From positions 608,001 to 672,000 of the forward strand of contig CBDCJV010000002.1 of assembly GCA_965217895.1 (NCBI GenBank): a stretch of 64,000 bases of DNA, in the 5' to 3' direction. Below, in pieces: positions 43,113 through 54,955 of the stretch (the stretch's first letter is position 1; every line of letters starts with the position of its first letter). A program made the position numbers and the translations under genes. The DNA is from Waterburya sp. GTDB taxonomy: Bacteria > Cyanobacteriota > Cyanobacteriia > Cyanobacteriales > Xenococcaceae. Under the pieces are notes generated by a model, which was not told where the DNA came from, ran no database searches, and saw only the letters and a program-made list of their open reading frames with translations.

Positions 43113-43779
43113 TTAAAGTTACAGCAATATTACCGCCAAAACATACGTCTACATCTGTTCCAGAAGTGCGATCGCGCTTGGCGTATTCTCCTTGATAATA
43201 ATACATATCTTCTTCAACTCGAAAATCTACAGGCAGGGGCGCAGTACTAGGCTCGCAGAGAATAATTTTAGGTTCGGGCTGATCTGGTTCTAAATGGGGT
43301 AAATTAACATTCCAAAAACTATTAGGAGGGGAAGGACGAGGTAACAAGTCTTCAAGTACTTTACTTGTCCACAGAGTAGCCACTTCCCAATCAATCAGCA
43401 AAGGTTTTTTAATCCAATGAGAAATAGCAACACCAGGAATACCGTGAATTGCAGCTTCTCTTACCGCAGCCACCGTCCCTGAAATATAAACATCTACACC
43501 AAGATTTCCCCCCGCGTTAATTCCTGACAGGACTAGTTTAGTATTTGTAGCTATTTGCTTAATTGCTAAGCGGGTACAGTCAACAGGAGTACCCTCTAGG
43601 GCATATTCTGTGTTCGATCTGCGTTCTAGCTTAATTCCTCGCTGGGTAGTTACCCGATGTCCGCAACCCGAATGCGGTTTCTTGGGAGCAACAATTATAG
43701 TTTCTCCTGTGACGGCCTTTTGTAAGGCACAAATCCCAGGTGCGTCGATCCCATCGTCGTTAGTCAAAATAATTGTCAT
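43102..43779 (-). CDS. surE: 5'/3'-nucleotidase SurE
   Basis: ILTNDDGI, GTPVDC, SGINAGGN, SGTVAA. Confidence 0.95.
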   Translation of the reverse strand: MTIILTNDDGIDAPGICALQKAVTGETIIVAPKKPHSGCGHRVTTQRGIKLERRSNTEYALEGTPVDCTRLAIKQIATNTKLVLSGINAGGNLGVDVYISGTVAAVREAAIHGIPGVAISHWIKKPLLIDWEVATLWTSKVLEDLLPRPSPPNSFWNVNLPHLEPDQPEPKIILCEPSTAPLPVDFRVEEDMYYYQGEYAKRDRTSGTDVDVCFGGNIAVTLIRV

Positions 43780-43844
43780 GGAGTGATTGATAATTGATAA
43801 TTGATTTATTGTCCCAAATAAGCTTTTAGTACTGACTCATTATT

Positions 43845-44201
43845 TTAAATCTCTTCAGGCATACCTTCTGCTAAAATCCAAAGGCGATCGCCTAAACTCA
43901 TAATTACATCCATGTTGTGTTCAATTACTAAAAAAGAAATTCCCTGCTGATTCGAGCTAACTATATGTTCGCAGATTTGATTGATTAAAGTCGGATTGAC
44001 CCCTGCTGCAAGTTCATCTAATAAAATTAGATAGTAAATCAAATAAATAAAGTCGTTTTACCTGCTCCGTTTAGACCAATTAAGCCCATAATACTGCCAT
44101 AATTATTCTAGATGAGCATTATTTACTACTTTAATTCCACCAAAGCTTTTAGACAGTTTTGTTGCCTGAAGTAATGATTTGGCTGATAATTTTTTTGGCA
44201 C
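43845..44201 (-). pseudogene. Branched-chain amino acid ABC ATPase (LivG/NatA-like), internally deleted
   Basis: Fragments LSKSFGGIKVV, GLIGLNGAGKTTLF, then directly LLDELAAGVNPTL...VIEHNMDV, with stops and frameshifts. Confidence 0.8.
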
Positions 44202-44378
44202 GACTCAATCAAATAAATTATGTTTGTTTGATAGTTTAAATAAATTACCAAAAATTTCTGTTTGATTCTCAAAGAAATCAAACACAATGACAACTAAGTA
44301 AGTGTCCCGCCTTCAACACACATTTTGTTAAAGAAAAATTAAGCTGGTAAATAGAATGAATATAATCTTAGTTCATTA

Positions 44379-45089
44379 ATGACTCAGCTAAAACCACCCC
44401 AGAAATCAAGCAGTTTATCTTCAAAACAATCAAAGGAACTAAATTCTTCTGTATCTCCTTGGGTAGCCAAAATAATTTATCCCCTAGGATCTTATTTTGT
44501 GTTGCCTTTTTTCTTTAGCAAGATCCAAATTACTGGACAAGAGAACATTCCTCAAGATGACCCCGTTATTATTGCCCCAACTCATCGTTCTCGTTGGGAT
44601 GCCTTTATTGTTCCTTATGCAGTAGGAAGATTAGTAAGTGGCAGAGATCCTAGATTCATGGTTTCTGCCAATGAGGTCAAAGGAATACAAGGCTGGGTCA
44701 TTCGCCGTATGGGAGGTTTTCCTGTAGATACTGAACGTCCCCAACTCAACAGCGTGCGTCACAGTATTGAACTCTTGAAAAATGAGCGAGAAATGTTGGT
44801 TATTTTTCCTGAGGGGGGAATTTTTAACGACTATCAAATTCATCCCCTTAAAAGAGGTGTGGCAGCGATCGCCTTACAGGCAGAAACCAATAAATCAAAG
44901 AAAAAGGTTAAAATATTACCGATGGGGATTCGCTATAGCAAGCCTTATCCTACCTGGGGAACAGAGGTTAAAGTAGATATAGGCTCGCCTTTAACCGTAG
45001 CCGACTATCTCGATAGTTCATTACGTCAAAGCTCTTTAAAGCTAACTTCGGCTTTGGAGAAAAGTTTGAAGGAACTATATGAATCTTAA
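44379..45089 (+). CDS. plsC: 1-acyl-sn-glycerol-3-phosphate acyltransferase family
   Basis: THRSRWD (HX4D) and IFPEG. Confidence 0.85.
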   Translation: MTQLKPPQKSSSLSSKQSKELNSSVSPWVAKIIYPLGSYFVLPFFFSKIQITGQENIPQDDPVIIAPTHRSRWDAFIVPYAVGRLVSGRDPRFMVSANEVKGIQGWVIRRMGGFPVDTERPQLNSVRHSIELLKNEREMLVIFPEGGIFNDYQIHPLKRGVAAIALQAETNKSKKKVKILPMGIRYSKPYPTWGTEVKVDIGSPLTVADYLDSSLRQSSLKLTSALEKSLKELYES

Positions 45090-45357
45090 AATTGGATAGA
45101 GCAATCATAGATCGATAGTTGCGGATTGAGACTCACATAAAAACTGCTAAATTTTCGATTACTATGGAGAAACTTCATTTACTAAACTATTTGAAGCCAT
45201 AAATTGATCGATGAGTTTATAATATTTGTCTGAAAGTTACAGATTAAGATCGAGTTTATGTGATTGCTATTTGTATACAAGCTTTAGTAATCCTTAGTGT
45301 CCAAACATGACCTAATCTCCAAGAAATATGGAGTATGCTCAATAGTTCAAAATATCT

Positions 45358-47256
45358 ATGTCACATCCTGAGCCTGAAATACAATGCTCGAATCCTCAAT
45401 GCGCAACGTCTAACCAACTAGAGGCTCGTTGTTGTCGTCAATGTGATACTCCACTGATTAGAAGATATTTATGGAGCAACAAGACAGTATCTCCAGAACA
45501 CAAGCAAGCCTTAATTAACAGTAGATATTTAGCCTTAGGTACGCGAATCTGGCTCGATACTCAACCAAATAAACCCCCAATTACTCCAGAAGAAGTTCCT
45601 CAAGAAATTGTAGTTTATTTGCAGCTTTTTTCCTGTTATCCTCATATACCACAGGTGTATGGACTTTTAGATAGTACGGATGTTTGGCTGTTTGATTATG
45701 GTACTGTACCGAGCAATGCCAGAGGAAAACTAGATTATCCTCAGCAGCTTGTTCCTAAACTTGATTGTTTATGGTCTGAGGCTAACGCTTTTCAACAAAT
45801 CAGTTGGCTATGGCAGATAGCTAAACTCTGGAAACCTTTGTTTAATAAAAAAGTAGCTTCTACCTTACTGAATCCAGACCAAATCCGAATTAATGGACAA
45901 ATAGTTCAAGTTATTCAGCTACAGCAGGATCGTAATCTTCAGCCAACTTTAAGAGATTTGGGAAGTTTATGGTCGCAGTGGGCAAACAATGCCCGTCCTG
46001 AAATTAAGGAAGTGTTAAAACAAATTGCTTCTCGTTTGGAGACTGGCAAAATTGAGCAAGTTAGTCAAGTACTGGCACTATTAGATAAAGTAGCAGAACA
46101 ATGCAGCAAAGCCAGAAAGTACTCTTATCATATTTATGCTTTGAGTGATTCAGGACCTAATCGCTCAAACAATGAAGATGCAGCCTATCCTATCTATCAT
46201 CAACCAAATAAAATTAATGGATCACAAAGTTCCTTAGCCATTGTTTGTGATGGAGTGGGGGGACACGATGGTGGAGAAATTGCTTCTCAAGCAACCATCA
46301 AATATTTACACGATCAAATATCAGCCTTAAAGCCCAACGAGCAAGATCATAATCCTCGGAAAATATTAAAGCAGTTGACCAAATATATTAATGGGTCTAA
46401 TGATATCATTAGCGATCGCAATGATAGCGAACAGCGTCAGGAACGACAGCGCATGGGAACTACCCTGGTCATGACTCTTGCTTACGCCCATGAAATGTAT
46501 CTGGCTCACGTTGGTGATTCTCGTATTTATTGGATTACCCCCAATAGCTGTCATCAAGTAACTATTGATGATGATCTTGCTTCTAGGGAGGTGCGTTTGG
46601 GTTATGCAGTCTATCGAGATTCTTTGCAGTATCCTTCGGCGGGAGCTTTAATTCAGGCTATAGGCATGAGAGATTCAGCAGCACTCCACCCCAATTTACA
46701 ACACTATATGATTGACGGTGACTGTATTTTCTTACTTTGCACCGATGGTTTAAGCGATTTTGACCGAGTTGAACAACAGTGGCGACAAAAGATATTACCA
46801 GTTTTAGAAGGAACTCAAAATCTTACTAGCGCAGTTCATGATTTAATTGACTTTGCTAATCAAGTAAATGGTCATGACAATGTGACGGTGGCATTGGTTC
46901 ACTGTCAAGTAAAAGATCGGCTTAATGAAAAGATGACCGTATCTTGGTCGGATATTAAATATGCTCTCCAAGAAGCAAAACTTTGGTCACAGGATAATTC
47001 GACTAATTCTTCGGTAAAAGAGCAGAGTCTGGTTGATAATACATCGGTGACAACCGCCTTCCCCGAACAGCAAATTGGCGAACCGACAATTGGCGAGCCG
47101 CTAGCAGCGAAAAAACAATCAAAGTGGTCTAAACCCTTGATTCTAGCTTTAGCCACAGCTACCGTTGTCGGACTGATTGCCTTTGTCTTGCAAGATCGTA
47201 CTGACAAACCAAATAATGAACCATTGCCAGACTCAGCCGCAGAAATCAGACAGTAA
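45358..47256 (+). CDS. PP2C-family Ser/Thr phosphatase with zinc ribbon, degenerate kinase-like region and C-terminal TM
   Basis: RSNNED, VCDGVGG, MGTTL, HVGDSRIY, LCTDGL, HDNVT. Confidence 0.9.
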   Translation: MSHPEPEIQCSNPQCATSNQLEARCCRQCDTPLIRRYLWSNKTVSPEHKQALINSRYLALGTRIWLDTQPNKPPITPEEVPQEIVVYLQLFSCYPHIPQVYGLLDSTDVWLFDYGTVPSNARGKLDYPQQLVPKLDCLWSEANAFQQISWLWQIAKLWKPLFNKKVASTLLNPDQIRINGQIVQVIQLQQDRNLQPTLRDLGSLWSQWANNARPEIKEVLKQIASRLETGKIEQVSQVLALLDKVAEQCSKARKYSYHIYALSDSGPNRSNNEDAAYPIYHQPNKINGSQSSLAIVCDGVGGHDGGEIASQATIKYLHDQISALKPNEQDHNPRKILKQLTKYINGSNDIISDRNDSEQRQERQRMGTTLVMTLAYAHEMYLAHVGDSRIYWITPNSCHQVTIDDDLASREVRLGYAVYRDSLQYPSAGALIQAIGMRDSAALHPNLQHYMIDGDCIFLLCTDGLSDFDRVEQQWRQKILPVLEGTQNLTSAVHDLIDFANQVNGHDNVTVALVHCQVKDRLNEKMTVSWSDIKYALQEAKLWSQDNSTNSSVKEQSLVDNTSVTTAFPEQQIGEPTIGEPLAAKKQSKWSKPLILALATATVVGLIAFVLQDRTDKPNNEPLPDSAAEIRQ

Positions 47257-47313
47257 AATTAACGCTACTTTCGGGTTAATAGCAATCAAAATAATTGAAT
47301 AGTTTGAACCTAT

Positions 47314-47380
47314 AGACGCGAAGCGCGTCTCGCCGTTGCTTCGCAACGGCGACAGCCCCCAGGTTGCATAACGGCTTCGC
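47314..47380. repeat. Nested GC-rich short hairpin repeats
   Basis: AGACGCGAAGCGCGTCT, CGCCGTTGCTTCGCAACGGCG and an outer GCGAAGC..GCTTCGC. Confidence 0.6.
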
Positions 47381-47464
47381 CTTAAATCAAAAAACATAGT
47401 AGATAGTAGGTAGTTTTCTGTGGCTACGAACTACAAACTACAAACTACAAACTTAATGTTTAAT

Positions 47465-48229
47465 ATGTATTGGTATGAAGGGGAATTAATTAATTCCGAT
47501 CGCCTGCAACTCAATATTAATGAGCCAGGATTGCTTTATGGTGCCAATATTTTTACTACGCTGCGAGTATATGAAAAGTCATTGGAACACCCTCTTACCT
47601 ATTGGCAATCTCACTGCGATCGCCTTAGTCAGAGTTTGAGTACATTTCAATGGCAACAGCCTAATTGGCAAAATCTTAGTCAAGGGGCAAAAGAACTAGC
47701 TGCTTATTTTCCCGTCTTAAGAATGATGATATTTCCTGATGGTAAAGAACTAATCTCAGGGCGTAATTTGCCCTTAAACCTAAAGCAACGCCAAACTGAG
47801 GGGATAACTGCCTGGGTGGCTACGGGGAATTTATACAAAAGAGATTTAGCAAAGCATAAAACGGGTAATTATTTAGGAGCTTACTTAGCCCGAAATCAAG
47901 CCTTGAGCTTTAATGCCTCTGAAGCAATTTTAATTGATCGCCACCGAAATTGGTTAGAAACAAGTACTGGAAATCTTTGGGGTTGGCGAGATGGTTGTTG
48001 GTATACTCCCCGCTTAGATAGAGGAATCTTACCAGGTATAGAGCGATCGCATCTACTAAAGTTTTTCCAAAAGCAAAATATTCCAGTCAAAGAAAACCTT
48101 TGGACTCCTCAATTTACCAGAACCTTGGAAAGCATATTTTATAGTAATTGCGTCGTCAAAATGATACCAATAAAAGAAGTTTTGGATTCAGAGGAACATA
48201 TACATTACTCTATTGGCAATTTTCCTTAA
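47465..48229 (+). CDS. Aminotransferase class IV (4-amino-4-deoxychorismate lyase-like)
   Basis: GLLYG..FTTLR, HKTGNY, ETSTGN, GILPGI.R; likely start MYWYEG. Confidence 0.85.
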   Translation: MYWYEGELINSDRLQLNINEPGLLYGANIFTTLRVYEKSLEHPLTYWQSHCDRLSQSLSTFQWQQPNWQNLSQGAKELAAYFPVLRMMIFPDGKELISGRNLPLNLKQRQTEGITAWVATGNLYKRDLAKHKTGNYLGAYLARNQALSFNASEAILIDRHRNWLETSTGNLWGWRDGCWYTPRLDRGILPGIERSHLLKFFQKQNIPVKENLWTPQFTRTLESIFYSNCVVKMIPIKEVLDSEEHIHYSIGNFP

Positions 48230-48341
48230 AGATTTATTACATGAAATATCAAAAAAAAGGATATAGATAAACCTTCCCCTAGTCTCCTAGTCCCCTAGTC
48301 TCCCCACCAGTCATCTGTAGCAAACTTTAACAGAAAAGATA

Positions 48342-50057
48342 TTACGTAGCGGTTAGTTCGTTAATAATCTGCTCTATTTCCAGAACAGCTTTTCCAAGTT
48401 CTGCCTCATTTGCCATTAATTGCTCCATTTGCGAAACTTGGTTATCAATAGCATCTAGAGCATCTTGTAATGGCTGTAGCTCTTGCTGATAAAAATCAAT
48501 CTGAGACTGTATCTGAACTACATCAAAATTCAATTTGCGCCAGGTGTCTTGCTGTTGAACTAAGGCTGACTCTAATTCGCTTTTTTCTGTCTGCTGCTGG
48601 TTTAATTTAGCTTCAAGGCTTTTAATATTCTCTTGGATTTGAGTTACTTCTTGAGCTAGTTCTTGCTGCTGCTGCTGTAGCTTTTGAGATTGTTTCTCCA
48701 ATCCCTGTTTAATAGGTGTCAAATCAACATCTTCAATTGCCGATTCAAGGTCAAAATCAATTATGCCCTGACGACGTTTAAGGACTCTAGAATGCTGTAA
48801 CAAAAAATTATGTCTTTCTTTAAGCGATCGCCGTTGACCAACTAGAGTTTGATCTAACATCTTTTTAGCCTCAAGCTCATCTGCTAATTCTTGCTCTAGA
48901 GTAAAACGCTCAAATTCTCCCATGTTCGCAATTTTAGCTTCTAGCTCTTCTACGGCTTTACACTGCCACCCTAGTTCCTCTTCCTGATCGTTGACAAATC
49001 GAGCCACCTTCTCCAAATCTTTTTTCAGGTTGGCTACCATATCCTCTAAATTTGGCAGAGGCATATTCTCTAGCTCTTCCAGGTTTACTCTAGAATCTGC
49101 ATTCGAGTCAGATTCAGAGCCAGCCAGCATCGATATCATGCTGTTTTGAGCTTCTGATTGAACATTAAGAAACTGCGTTAACTCTTGTTTAGCCTCTAAT
49201 GATTTTTGTTCAATACCTAATTGTCTCCCCATTTCGGCGATCGAAGCTATTAAAGACTGTATTTTTTGATTTTTCGTCGCTAGTTCCGTATCAGTAAGTT
49301 CTAATTCTTGACGTTTTATTTGCAAGTCCTGAGCATATAGCGTCAAATTTTGCCAGTGAGGTTGCAAAATCTCTTGTTGATTTTTAACTGCTTCAGCAGC
49401 TAAATTAAGCTTACTTTTAAAAGATTTATTAGAGTCTGTGACCATAGCTAAGACAGACAATTTTTCCTTAATTGTCACAGCCTGAGATTCATTCAATACT
49501 TTAGATTGTTTTAACTGCTCATCTAAATTTTGCTGCTGTCCTCGTAACTGTTCCCAAGCACCTTGAAGTTCTGCGCTTTTGGCTGCAAATTCTGCTCTGA
49601 CTTTTTCTGTTTCTGCTTTAGCTACTACAATTTCTTCTCTTTGCTGTTCAAACTGCTGAAACTCTTCTTCCATATGTTCGACTTGCTCAAGACGAGTTTC
49701 CATCTCCAGTTGTCGTATGCTTAATTCTTCACTTTGTCTTTCTAGTGACTCTTTCCACTGTTCAATTTCTTGTTCTTGATCCTTGGTCTTTTCCAAGAGA
49801 CGAGAAAAGTTCTTTAAAATACCAACAATTTTGGGAGAGGCTAATTCCATATTGCCCTGTATCTGACGGTTAACACCTAGGTTAACGGCAACTAAAGCAC
49901 CATCGCCAAAATCACTAGCATCATTAATCGCAATAGATTCATTGCCGACAACACTCCAGCTTTCATCGTTACGCTGACAAGCTATGAGCTTTAGCTTGGT
50001 GTCGGTACCGCCCATAAATCCCTTACTTTGTTTTTGTACTTCTGCCAGATATAGCAC
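48342..50057 (-). CDS. hmpF: Pilus motility taxis coiled-coil protein HmpF
   Basis: MLYLAEVQKQ...EIEQWKESL..Q, divergent from the taxis operon. Confidence 0.85.
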   Translation of the reverse strand: MLYLAEVQKQSKGFMGGTDTKLKLIACQRNDESWSVVGNESIAINDASDFGDGALVAVNLGVNRQIQGNMELASPKIVGILKNFSRLLEKTKDQEQEIEQWKESLERQSEELSIRQLEMETRLEQVEHMEEEFQQFEQQREEIVVAKAETEKVRAEFAAKSAELQGAWEQLRGQQQNLDEQLKQSKVLNESQAVTIKEKLSVLAMVTDSNKSFKSKLNLAAEAVKNQQEILQPHWQNLTLYAQDLQIKRQELELTDTELATKNQKIQSLIASIAEMGRQLGIEQKSLEAKQELTQFLNVQSEAQNSMISMLAGSESDSNADSRVNLEELENMPLPNLEDMVANLKKDLEKVARFVNDQEEELGWQCKAVEELEAKIANMGEFERFTLEQELADELEAKKMLDQTLVGQRRSLKERHNFLLQHSRVLKRRQGIIDFDLESAIEDVDLTPIKQGLEKQSQKLQQQQQELAQEVTQIQENIKSLEAKLNQQQTEKSELESALVQQQDTWRKLNFDVVQIQSQIDFYQQELQPLQDALDAIDNQVSQMEQLMANEAELGKAVLEIEQIINELTAT

Positions 50058-50881
50058 TATGCGCCTTCCTCTTGATTTTTTCTGTGCTGAAACTCAGAAA
50101 AATTAAGCTTTTCTAGTTTACTGTCGATTTGTTAAAACATCCAGATTAGAACCTAATTTAATCTAATAGAGTTTAGTGATTAATCAATTTTGATTTCCTT
50201 AGCATAACTAGCATTAGAATAGGTTGCCAATACTTTAGATCGAATATCGCTTTTAAGTTAAATTGCCAAGCACTAAATATCTTAACTATAAGTATCAATT
50301 AAGTTCGTCCGTTAATTAACTAGAGTTTACACATCTAAATTTTATTTATTATGTAATTTCAACTAGATTTATCTGGCAAATAAAGCAAAGTTATTTTAGG
50401 AGACACAAACGCCATCTATATTTATTAAAATGCTTTAAACATAAGCAATCTTTCATTAAAGCTCAAAATCTGACTTTATTAGTAATTTAATGCCAATAAA
50501 TTGTTTAAAATTTAATTTAATTAAAATACAAACTCGATCTTGTTTATGTTGATCGTGACGTGGCGATTGATTAAAAAGTAGAGTATATTCTGAAGCAAAG
50601 AGATTAGTAGTCTACTTTTTTATTGACTAATTCGCCTTACTCGATTAGAAAAATCTTGTAAGTTGAACCAAAGTTTAATCTCTGCTCAACTAATTAATTT
50701 TGATCGACTGAATGCAGCTTTAATAAAATGGAGGAATATATAGGAATATATGTGGTTAGTAAGTTATTCTCTTATGGGGTAATTACCAACTAGCAAATTA
50801 AGCAAAAAGTTTGATTTTTCCATATTTAATAAACTGCCAAGTAGATTTAAACTTGAATGTGACTTTTGTAGATAGCGTGTT

Positions 50882-51247
50882 ATGAGCAAAGTTCTAATCG
50901 TAGAAGATAGTTTGGCACAAAGACAGATGATTTCCGATCTTTTAAAAGGTAGCGGTTTAAAGGTGACTGTTGCTTGTGATGGCGTAGAAGCTTTGGAGCA
51001 TTTGGAATCATTTAGTCCTGACATAGTTGTTATGGATATTGTTATGCCCAGAATGAATGGCTATGAGCTATGTCGTCGTTTAAAATCAGATCCTAAAACC
51101 CAAAATGTTCCAGTAGTTATGTGTTCTTCTAAAGGAGAGGAATTCGATCGCTACTGGGGGATGAAGCAAGGCGCAGATGCTTACATTGCTAAACCTTTTC
51201 AGCCAGTAGAATTAATTGGCACCGTAAAACAACTGCTGCGGGCTTAA
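50882..51247 (+). CDS. pilH: CheY-like response regulator (PilH/HmpB)
   Basis: VEDS, DIVMPRMNGY, YIAKPF. Confidence 0.88.
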   Translation: MSKVLIVEDSLAQRQMISDLLKGSGLKVTVACDGVEALEHLESFSPDIVVMDIVMPRMNGYELCRRLKSDPKTQNVPVVMCSSKGEEFDRYWGMKQGADAYIAKPFQPVELIGTVKQLLRA

Positions 51248-51309
51248 GATTGCCATTTATATTCAATAATGTAACTAGCAGTGGTTGAGTAGTACATAAA
51301 AAAGAAATT

Positions 51310-51843
51310 ATGGTTAGTAATCCAGAACTGTATACGGATGATCTAGATTTATCTTTATCTTTAGATATACAGCCCTTAGAAAACCCAGAGGGTGAATTAC
51401 ATCTTCGTTTCTATCTGCCATCAGGAGAAGCTTGCGCTTTTCCCGCTACGGGTATTGCTGAGGTGATGCAGCAAACCCCAGATCAGATTGCGCCGATTCC
51501 TAATGCGTCGCCCTTATTGTTGGGGACGATTAATTTGAGAGGCAGAGTAATTTGGGTAGCAGATCTTGGTCAGTTTTTAGGAGATAAAGGAGTGCTGAAA
51601 ACAGACCGACCGACAATTCCTGTAATTGCGATCGAAGATCAAGAGCAAATACTAGGTTTAGCCATAAATAGTATTGGAGATATGGATTGGTTAAACGTGG
51701 AACAACTAAAAATCAATCATCCTTTATCAGACACTATGGCTCCTTTTGTTCAGGCTCAATGGCAGCCAGAAGACGAAAGTGATGTAGTCGTGAATTTATT
51801 AGATTCAGCAAAAATCTTGCGTTCGGCACGATGGGCAACCTAA
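51310..51843 (+). CDS. pilI: CheW-like protein (PilI/HmpC)
   Basis: PIPN..LLGTINLRGRVIWVADL. Confidence 0.88.
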   Translation: MVSNPELYTDDLDLSLSLDIQPLENPEGELHLRFYLPSGEACAFPATGIAEVMQQTPDQIAPIPNASPLLLGTINLRGRVIWVADLGQFLGDKGVLKTDRPTIPVIAIEDQEQILGLAINSIGDMDWLNVEQLKINHPLSDTMAPFVQAQWQPEDESDVVVNLLDSAKILRSARWAT

Positions 51844-52061
51844 GAATATAAATATACTGCGCATGATTAATTAATGCGTAGGTTTAAACTTATACTTACT
51901 TATACTTATTGGGCAATATTAATTAAAGAGAACATCATTATTTATTTTGACTTTCTTATTTTCTTATAAAAATTGACTGTCATTGACAGGTCTGAATTTA
52001 AAAGCAATATCATTCGTCAGCGCAAGTAACAAATAACTTAGATTAATTTGGCAAGAAGCAC

Positions 52062-54650
52062 ATGGCATCAGGAACTAACTATTCACAGGAATACGGACAA
52101 GCAGAAAAGGCTTATTTAGAAAGTAATTTTGCTCAAGCAGCAGAAATAATCGATCACTTAGCTGAAGAATTCCCCAACGATCCCAATGTCTTGTTGCTGC
52201 GAGGTCATATTTATTGTTATGGATTTCAAGACTACGATCTGGCTATACGACAATATGAAAACGTCTTAGAATTAAGCCAACAGAAAGATTTGCTTGATTT
52301 CGCCCGTAGTGGAATTGAACAGGTAGAGCAGCTACAGCAGTTAGATGAGCCAGAATTAGCTTTCGACCAAAGTAATTTTGCTCAGACAGAAATGCTGAAT
52401 ATAGGGCAGATTGACGAAGTAGAAGATTCAGTAGAAATTGATTTTTCTGACGACGAAGAATTTGCCAAAAGCTTTGGTGAAAATGATTTTGATCTCGACC
52501 AAGAATACGATTTGAAATTAGATGATGCTATAGAGTCAGATATTAAGCATAATCTTATTCCTGAAAGTGATAACTCTTACGAAAATTCTTTTGCAGAGTC
52601 GGGGTTGGAAGATGCTGAGGATTTGACATCAACTGATAATGATACTAGTTTAAGCAATCCTTTTGCGCAATTTGAGTCAGTGCCATCTCCAGAGTCTCAA
52701 AATTTGCCATCATCAGAACAACCAGGAATTCATACCAGCTCAACTTTTATGATAGATTCTGATGATGATGATTCACTTCCTGATTATACTGAAGAAGACT
52801 TTGCGATCGCCAATCAAAAGGAATACGAAAATGATTATGATGACAGTTCTGAATTAGAAATTGATACGGTTTTAACTGAACCATTCTCTATGGATGGCAG
52901 TGAAGAATATGGAATAGAAATGCCTGATGTTTCAGGTCAGGAGGGCTTGGATTATCAAGATGAACTAGAATTTGATGAAATTGACAGTAGCTTTTTTGAC
53001 CTGGAAGAATTAGAACAAGGGTTGCCTGATACTGGTTTGTTTAATGTTGCCGAAGAGCCAAGCAACGTTAGCATGAATTTATCTAACGATTTGGCTTCAG
53101 AAGCAAATGCTATTGGTGTTGATGAAGTTGCTATTAGTGAGATAGGAGCAGGAACGAATGCTTCAACCTCTTTGACAGCCGATAAAGAAGAACCGCAAGT
53201 AGAAGTTCAGCAAGGAGCTTTAGCTGGGTTTATTAATGCGCCGATTCAGAAAAAACAGTTGATTACGGCTGGAGTTACAGGAGTAGTTTCCGCGATCGCC
53301 GTTTTATTAATTGGCACCGCAGGTTCGGCTATTATTAATCCTAACCCTAACAGACCTTTTGAGGGTGCTAGAAATAGCCTGCTTTTAAGTTTAATTGCTG
53401 GAGTTACCAGTTTTGGGACAGCAGCCGCTTTGGGTAAAGTTACCGCTAAGCACGTAACCAAAGCTAGTCATAATTTACAGGCTCAGTTTGATGATGTCTA
53501 TCAGGGAAATCTCAACGCCAAAGCGACGGTATATGCTCAAGATGAATTTGGGCAGCTAGCTAGCGGTTTTAACCGCATGACTAGAGTTATTTTGACCACC
53601 ACTCAAGAAGCCCAAAGAAGAGCCGAAGAAACTGAACAGGCAAAAGAAGACCTTCAGCGTCAGGTAATCCGCCTCCTAGATGATGTAGAGGGCGCAGCTA
53701 GAGGAGATTTGACAGTCCAGGCTACCGTAACTGCCGACGTATTGGGCGCAGTGGCTGATGCTTTTAACTTAACCATCCAAAGTCTAAGAGAAATTGTCCG
53801 TCAGGTAAAAGAAGCAGCAGAACAGGTAAACAAAGGTTCTACCGATAGTGAACTGTTTGCTCGTAATCAATCTAGTGAAGCATTACGGATGGCAGAAGAG
53901 CTTGCTGTTACTTTGAATTCAGTGCAGATGATGACCGAATCGATTGAAAGGGTGGCAGATAATGCTCGTGAGGCAGAAGAAGTTGCCCGTTCATCTTCTG
54001 TAACTGCCCTTAAAGGCGGTAAAGCGGTAGAAAGAACAGTATCGGGAATTTTTCAGATTAGAGAAACAGTATCAGAAACTGCCCGTAAGGTAAAGCGTCT
54101 AGCTGAAGCATCTCAAGAAATCTCGAAAATTGTTCTATTGATTTCGCAAATTGCTGAAAGAACTAACCAGCTTGCACTTAATGCCTCAATTCAGGCAGCA
54201 AAAGCAGGGGAAGCAGGTCGTGGTTTTGCGGTAGTTGCCGATGAGGTGAGACAGCTAGCAGATAGATCGGGTAAATCTCTCAAAGAGATTGAGCAAATCG
54301 TACTGCAAATTCAAAGTGAAACGGGGTCGGTAATGACCGCTATGGAAGAAGGTATTCAAGAGGTAATTGACGTAACCGAAAGAGCAGAACAGGCAAAAAC
54401 TGCCCTAGAGGATATTATTCAAGTATCCAATCGTATTGATACTCTGGTGCGATCGATTACAGCCGATACAGTTGAACAAAGGGAAAACTCTCGTGCTGTG
54501 GCTCAAGTAATGCAGTCCGTAGAGCTAACGGCTCAGGCTACTTCCCAAGAGTCTCAAAGGGTTGGAGGCGCACTCCAAAATCTTGTGGGTATTGCTCGTG
54601 GTTTATTATCTTCAGTTGAAAGATTTCGTATTGATAAAGGTGATAAATAA
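52062..54650 (+). CDS. pilJ: Methyl-accepting chemotaxis protein (PilJ/HmpD) with N-terminal TPR and acidic linker
   Basis: HAMP DEFGQLA..FNRM and MCP signature [31 protein letters not shown]. Confidence 0.9.
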   Translation: MASGTNYSQEYGQAEKAYLESNFAQAAEIIDHLAEEFPNDPNVLLLRGHIYCYGFQDYDLAIRQYENVLELSQQKDLLDFARSGIEQVEQLQQLDEPELAFDQSNFAQTEMLNIGQIDEVEDSVEIDFSDDEEFAKSFGENDFDLDQEYDLKLDDAIESDIKHNLIPESDNSYENSFAESGLEDAEDLTSTDNDTSLSNPFAQFESVPSPESQNLPSSEQPGIHTSSTFMIDSDDDDSLPDYTEEDFAIANQKEYENDYDDSSELEIDTVLTEPFSMDGSEEYGIEMPDVSGQEGLDYQDELEFDEIDSSFFDLEELEQGLPDTGLFNVAEEPSNVSMNLSNDLASEANAIGVDEVAISEIGAGTNASTSLTADKEEPQVEVQQGALAGFINAPIQKKQLITAGVTGVVSAIAVLLIGTAGSAIINPNPNRPFEGARNSLLLSLIAGVTSFGTAAALGKVTAKHVTKASHNLQAQFDDVYQGNLNAKATVYAQDEFGQLASGFNRMTRVILTTTQEAQRRAEETEQAKEDLQRQVIRLLDDVEGAARGDLTVQATVTADVLGAVADAFNLTIQSLREIVRQVKEAAEQVNKGSTDSELFARNQSSEALRMAEELAVTLNSVQMMTESIERVADNAREAEEVARSSSVTALKGGKAVERTVSGIFQIRETVSETARKVKRLAEASQEISKIVLLISQIAERTNQLALNASIQAAKAGEAGRGFAVVADEVRQLADRSGKSLKEIEQIVLQIQSETGSVMTAMEEGIQEVIDVTERAEQAKTALEDIIQVSNRIDTLVRSITADTVEQRENSRAVAQVMQSVELTAQATSQESQRVGGALQNLVGIARGLLSSVERFRIDKGDK

Positions 54651-54652
54651 AC

Positions 54653-54767
54653 TATAGCCGTACAAAGTTACGTTAGGACATATTTGGTTATCGGCTTGAA
54701 AGTAGCAAGTAGCAAGTAGCAAGTAGCAAGTTTATAAAATGTCCTAATCTTGATGCGTAATGCTATA
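54653..54767. mobile_element. MITE-like element enclosing (AGTAGCA)n
   Basis: Inverted ends TATAGC..TTAGGACAT and ATGTCCTAA..GCTATA. Confidence 0.6.
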
Positions 54768-54955
54768 CTTTTGCTAAAATAAGATTTTATTTTAAGTAAC
54801 GCGAGTTCGTATTGAAGCTAAAATCCATACTTTCCAGATACTCATAAAAATATCTTTAATCTCCAAATTTCCTTTATACTAATCTGTGCAATCAGATCAA
54901 AGGCTAAAAGCTAAAAGCTATCTAAACCGTTTAATTGTCTTAACCCAAACTCAGA

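Noticed and set aside
52350..53200. Very acidic low-complexity region of the MCP as a novel domain
   Set aside because: This is a usual feature of cyanobacterial PilJ/HmpD proteins.
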